Source: Hemiscyllium ocellatum (taxonomy: Eukaryota). From it: a stretch of 64,000 nucleotides of DNA. The stretch spans positions 168,982 to 232,981 of the forward strand of contig NW_026867534.1 in NCBI RefSeq assembly GCF_020745735.1, given 5' to 3'. The notes beneath the pieces were generated by a model that worked only from the letters and a program-made list of their open reading frames with translations, did not search any database and was not told the origin of the DNA. Shown here one piece after another: positions 59,900 to 64,000 of the stretch; position 1 is the first letter of the stretch; each line of letters opens with the position of its first letter. A program made the translations under genes and the position numbers.

Positions 59900-62800
59900 T
59901 TTCAGCGTTTAACTGTAAGCATTGATTCAATTCCCAAATCAAAACCTGCCCATTTCAGCCTTCAAAATACTGACTGACCCAGCCTCGACAGTGTTCTATG
60001 GAAACAAATTCCACAGATTCACTACATTCTGGGAGACAAAATTCTGTTTGCCTGATATTTGTGACCTCTTATTCAGAGATTCTACTCACTGGTCCGAACC
60101 TCTCCCACAAGGGGAAACAACATTTCTGCATTTACACCATCAAGTTTCCTGAAAATAATAGATGTTTCAGAATGTCACCACTGAATCTTCGATGTTCTAA
60201 TGAGTATAGGCCCAAATGACTCAGTCTCTACTCTCAAGACAGACCCTCCATCCTCAGGATCAGTCGGCTAAACCTCGTGTGGATTGTCTCACAGTCCAGT
60301 GTACCTTTTCTTTGTGATATGAGTCCCAAGAACAGTCCACAGTATTCCAGCTGTGGTAAAAATACAGGTCCTTTTCAGTTTAAACAAACATTATAGTCAT
60401 ACAGATATCAGGCACAGAAACAACCCTTCGGTCCAACTGCACTGACCAGATATCCCAACCTGACTGAGTACCATTTGCCAGACATTTGGCCTATCTTTCT
60501 CTAAATGTTACCTGTTCATACACCCATCCAGGTGCCTTTTAAATGCAGTAATTGAACCCACCTCCACCACTACCACTGGCAGCTGTTTCCATACATACAC
60601 GTGAAAAGGTTACCCCTCAGGTTCTTTTCAAACGTTTCTCCTCTCACCTTAATCTGCTGTCCTCTCGTTTTGGACTCTCCCACTCGAGGAAAAAGGCCTT
60701 GGCTATTCACCATATCAATGCCCTGCATGGTTTTATAGGGTCTTGTTCAGGCCACTCCTCAGCCTCCTTTCCTCTCACTGTAGAGAAAAGAAAAGCCCCA
60801 GTCTATTCAGCTTCACCTTATACCTTAAACACTCCAGTTCCAGCATCATTCTTGGAAATCTTTTCTACATCCCCTCAAGTTTCATAAAATCCTTCATCGA
60901 AATGGTCAGCCAGATTTGTCTGTAATAATTCTAAAAGTGGCCTCACAAATGTCCTGTACAACTGAGACATGGCATCGCGACTCCTACACTTAATGTTATG
61001 ACCAATGAAGGAAAGCGTGCCAAACACTTTCTTCCCCACCCTGTCTACCTGCAACTCCACTTTCAAGGAATGATGCATCTGCACCCTTTGGTTTCTTTGC
61101 TCAGCAACACTCCCCAAGGCCCAGCCATTAATTGTATAAGTCTTGCCCTGGTTTGCCTTACAAAAATGCAGCACCTCACATTTATTTAATAAAGCTTGGG
61201 TTCATGAAAGGCAGGTCATGTTTAACTGATTAACTGGAATTCTTTGAGGTCATAATGAGCGTGGTAGACAATGGGGAACTGGTGAACGTGGTGTATCTGG
61301 ATTTCCAAAAGGCATTCAGCAAGGTGCTGCACAAAAGGCTGCTGCATAAGATAAAGATGCACAGTGTTATGAGCAATGCATTAGCATGGACAGAAAACTG
61401 GTTAACTAACAGAATGCAAAACGTGGGGATAAATGGGTGTTTTTCTGGTTGGCAATCAGTGGCGAGTGGTGTGTCTCAGGGATGAGTGTTGGGACTGCAA
61501 TTGTTTACAATTCAGGTAGATTGCTTCGAGTTAGAGATCCAAGTGTAGTGTGTTATAGTTCGCAGAAGGCACTTAAAAGAGTGATAGAGCAAAGTGTGCA
61601 GGAGGATATAGGTAGGTTAAGTAAGTGGGCAAGAGTCTGGCAGATGGAGTACAATGTTAGTAAACGTGAGGTCATCCATTTTGGTAGGAATAATAACAAA
61701 CAGAATGCTGCTGTGCAGGGGGACTTGGCTGTTCTTGTGCATGAAACACAAAAGCATGGTTTGCAGGTACAATAGCTAATTAGGAAGATAAATGGAATAA
61801 TGTCCTTCATTGGCTGTGGATAGAGTTTAAAATTAGGACTTTCTGTTGCAGCTGTATAGGGCGCTGGTGTGACCATGCCTGAAGTATTCTGTATACTTTT
61901 CATCGCCTTACATGAGATGGCACTGGGGTGGGGTTTGCTGAGGAGGTTGATTACGTTGATTCTGGAAATGAGGGGGGTGGCTTGTGAGGAGAGATTGAGC
62001 AGACTGGGAGTATACTCATTGGAATTCAGAAGAATGTGGGAGGGGGGTTGTAAAATTATAAATGGAATAGATAAGACAGAAGCAGGGAGGCTATTTCCAC
62101 TGGTGGGTGAAATTAGAATGACGGGGCATAACATTAAAATAAGGGCAACAGCTTTAGGACTGAGTTGAGGATCAACATCTTCACCCAAAGGGTTGTGAAG
62201 CTGTGGAATCCCCTGCCTAGTGAAGCAGCTGAGGCCAACCAGTTGAATGTTTTAAAGGTGAAAATAGATTTTTTTAACAGTAAAGGAATGGAGGGTTATA
62301 GTGAGCGGGTGGGTAAGTGGAATCTTAGTCCATTGAAAGATGATCCATGATGTTATTGAAAGGCAGAGCAGACTCATGGGGTCAGATGGCCTACTCCTGA
62401 TCGTATTTCTAATGTTTGGACGTTGTTATGTTCTAACAGGCCTCCCATCCAAAACGTAATGCTCTCTGACTACTAAGTAAAAACTGAAAGAACTGTGGAT
62501 GCTGTGTATCAGAAACAAAAACGGAAACTGCTGGAAATGTTCAGAAGGTCTGGCAGCATCTCTGGTGTGAAAGGCTCACCAGTTTATGGTTCCCTGGCTT
62601 TTCCATACAACTTTCTTCAATAATGCTGCCACATTAGTCACTCTCCAGTCTTCTGGCATCTCATCTATGATTATCAACGATACAAATATCTCAGCAAGGG
62701 GTCCACGAATCTCTTCCCTAGTTTCCCACAAAGTTCTGAGAAAACCTAACCAGGTCTCCAGGATTTATTCCATTTTTCTACTGTAAGACCTCCAACACCT

Positions 62801-63975
62801 CCTCTTCTGTAAGATGAACTCATTTTAAGATCACATTATTTATTTCCCAAGTTCCTTAGCTTCTATGCTCCTGTCTACTGTAAATATTGATACAAAATAT
62901 TTGCTTAGTGTCTCAGCCATCTCCTGTGGTTCCATGTATGGAAAGCCATGTTGATCTTTAAGGGCTGTATTCTCTCCTTAGTTATTCTTTTAACCTTAAA
63001 ATAATTTTAGAATCTTTTCGGATTCTCCTTAATTCTATTTGCCAAAGCAATTTCATGCCCCTTTTTTCCCTCATGATTTCCTGGTTAAGGATACTCCGAC
63101 TGCCCTTATCCCCTTCTCAGGATTCACTCAATCCCAGCTGTCTATATCTGATGAATGCCCCCTTCGTTTTCTGGACAGGAGTTGCAATTTCCCTCATCAT
63201 TGAGCTTTTCCCATGCCTTGCCCTTCACACAAACAGAAACATACCATCACTGAACTCTCATTGTCTCATTCTTAAAGGCCTCCCACTTGTCAGCCGTCCC
63301 TTTACCTGAGAATAATCTCCCTCAACCAACTTCTCAAAGTCTTCTACCATCGAAACTGGCCACATTCCAATTTAAACTTTCATTTTTAAATCAATTCTGT
63401 CCTTTCTCATCATTATTATTAAACCAATAGAATTATGATCACTTTCCCTGAAGAGTGTCCCTACAGACACCTCAGTCACTTGTCCTGCCTTGATTCTCAA
63501 CAGAAGGTCAAGTATTGCAAACTGTCCAGTAGGTGCATCCACATATTGAATAACAACGTTTTCTTGTACACACTTAACCAATTTCTCCACATTCCAAGAT
63601 CTTAACATTCCCCCAAATTCTGTTTGGAAAGTTAAAATTCCCTACCATTATCCTCTTTTCTTACAGATAGCATAATCGCTTGTAAATTTCCCACTGACTA
63701 TTATTTTACAATCCCAGCAAGGTCATCACCTCTTTCTTATTTTTAAGTTTCATCCATATAACTTCACTGGGCAGTCTCCAAGAAATATCCTCTCTACATC
63801 CAGCTGTAATGTTCTTTCTAACCAAAAACACCACTCCATCTCCTCTCTTGCTCCTCTGTCTATACATTCTATAACATCTGTATCCTGGAACATTAAGTTG
63901 CCAGTCCTGTTCATCCCTGAGCCACATTTCTGTAATGGGAATGTTATCCTTGTCCCACATTCCCATCTATGCCCT
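59900..63975. mobile_element. Cluster of CR1 fragments (- ~59900-61190; + ~61195-62430; - ~62590-63975)
   Basis: ORFs 60875..61174, 61255..61485 (VVYLDFQKAFSKV), 61437..61775 and 63706..63966 (ITEMWLRDEQDWQLNVPGYRCYR, endonuclease). Confidence 0.85.
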
Positions 63976-64000
63976 ACGTTCATCTGTCTCACATGTCAGA

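Overview
Cartilaginous-fish (shark) genomic DNA. The SINE subfamily suggests a carpet/bamboo shark, which is an inference. The window holds one complete, unrearranged IgM heavy-chain cluster on the minus strand (~47.5 kb to ~24.0 kb): TATA promoter, leader, VH(23-RSS), (12)D1(22), (12)D2(12), (23)JH, Cmu1-Cmu4 with secretory tailpiece, TM1 and TM2. All exons are open and splice in phase. The rest is mostly retroelement debris: CR1 and L2/CR1-clade LINEs, tRNA-derived HE1-type SINEs, a Penelope-like element (PLE) fragment and many short PLE-derived inserts with hammerhead-ribozyme cores. It also contains a Gypsy relic with protease-then-integrase order and a deleted endogenous retrovirus (two LTRs, PBS, pol remnants, gamma-type env split by a Tx1 insert). 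The most interesting non-standard items are a strand-skewed 45-bp tandem array just 3' of JH, the hammerhead-bearing inserts (every sense-strand intronic copy found is inactivated), a ~600-bp inverted copy inserted into a CR1 upstream of VH, and a strongly degenerate D1 5' RSS. Ig exon and RSS coordinates were read to the base. TE boundaries are approximate and family names come from motif recognition, not database searches.
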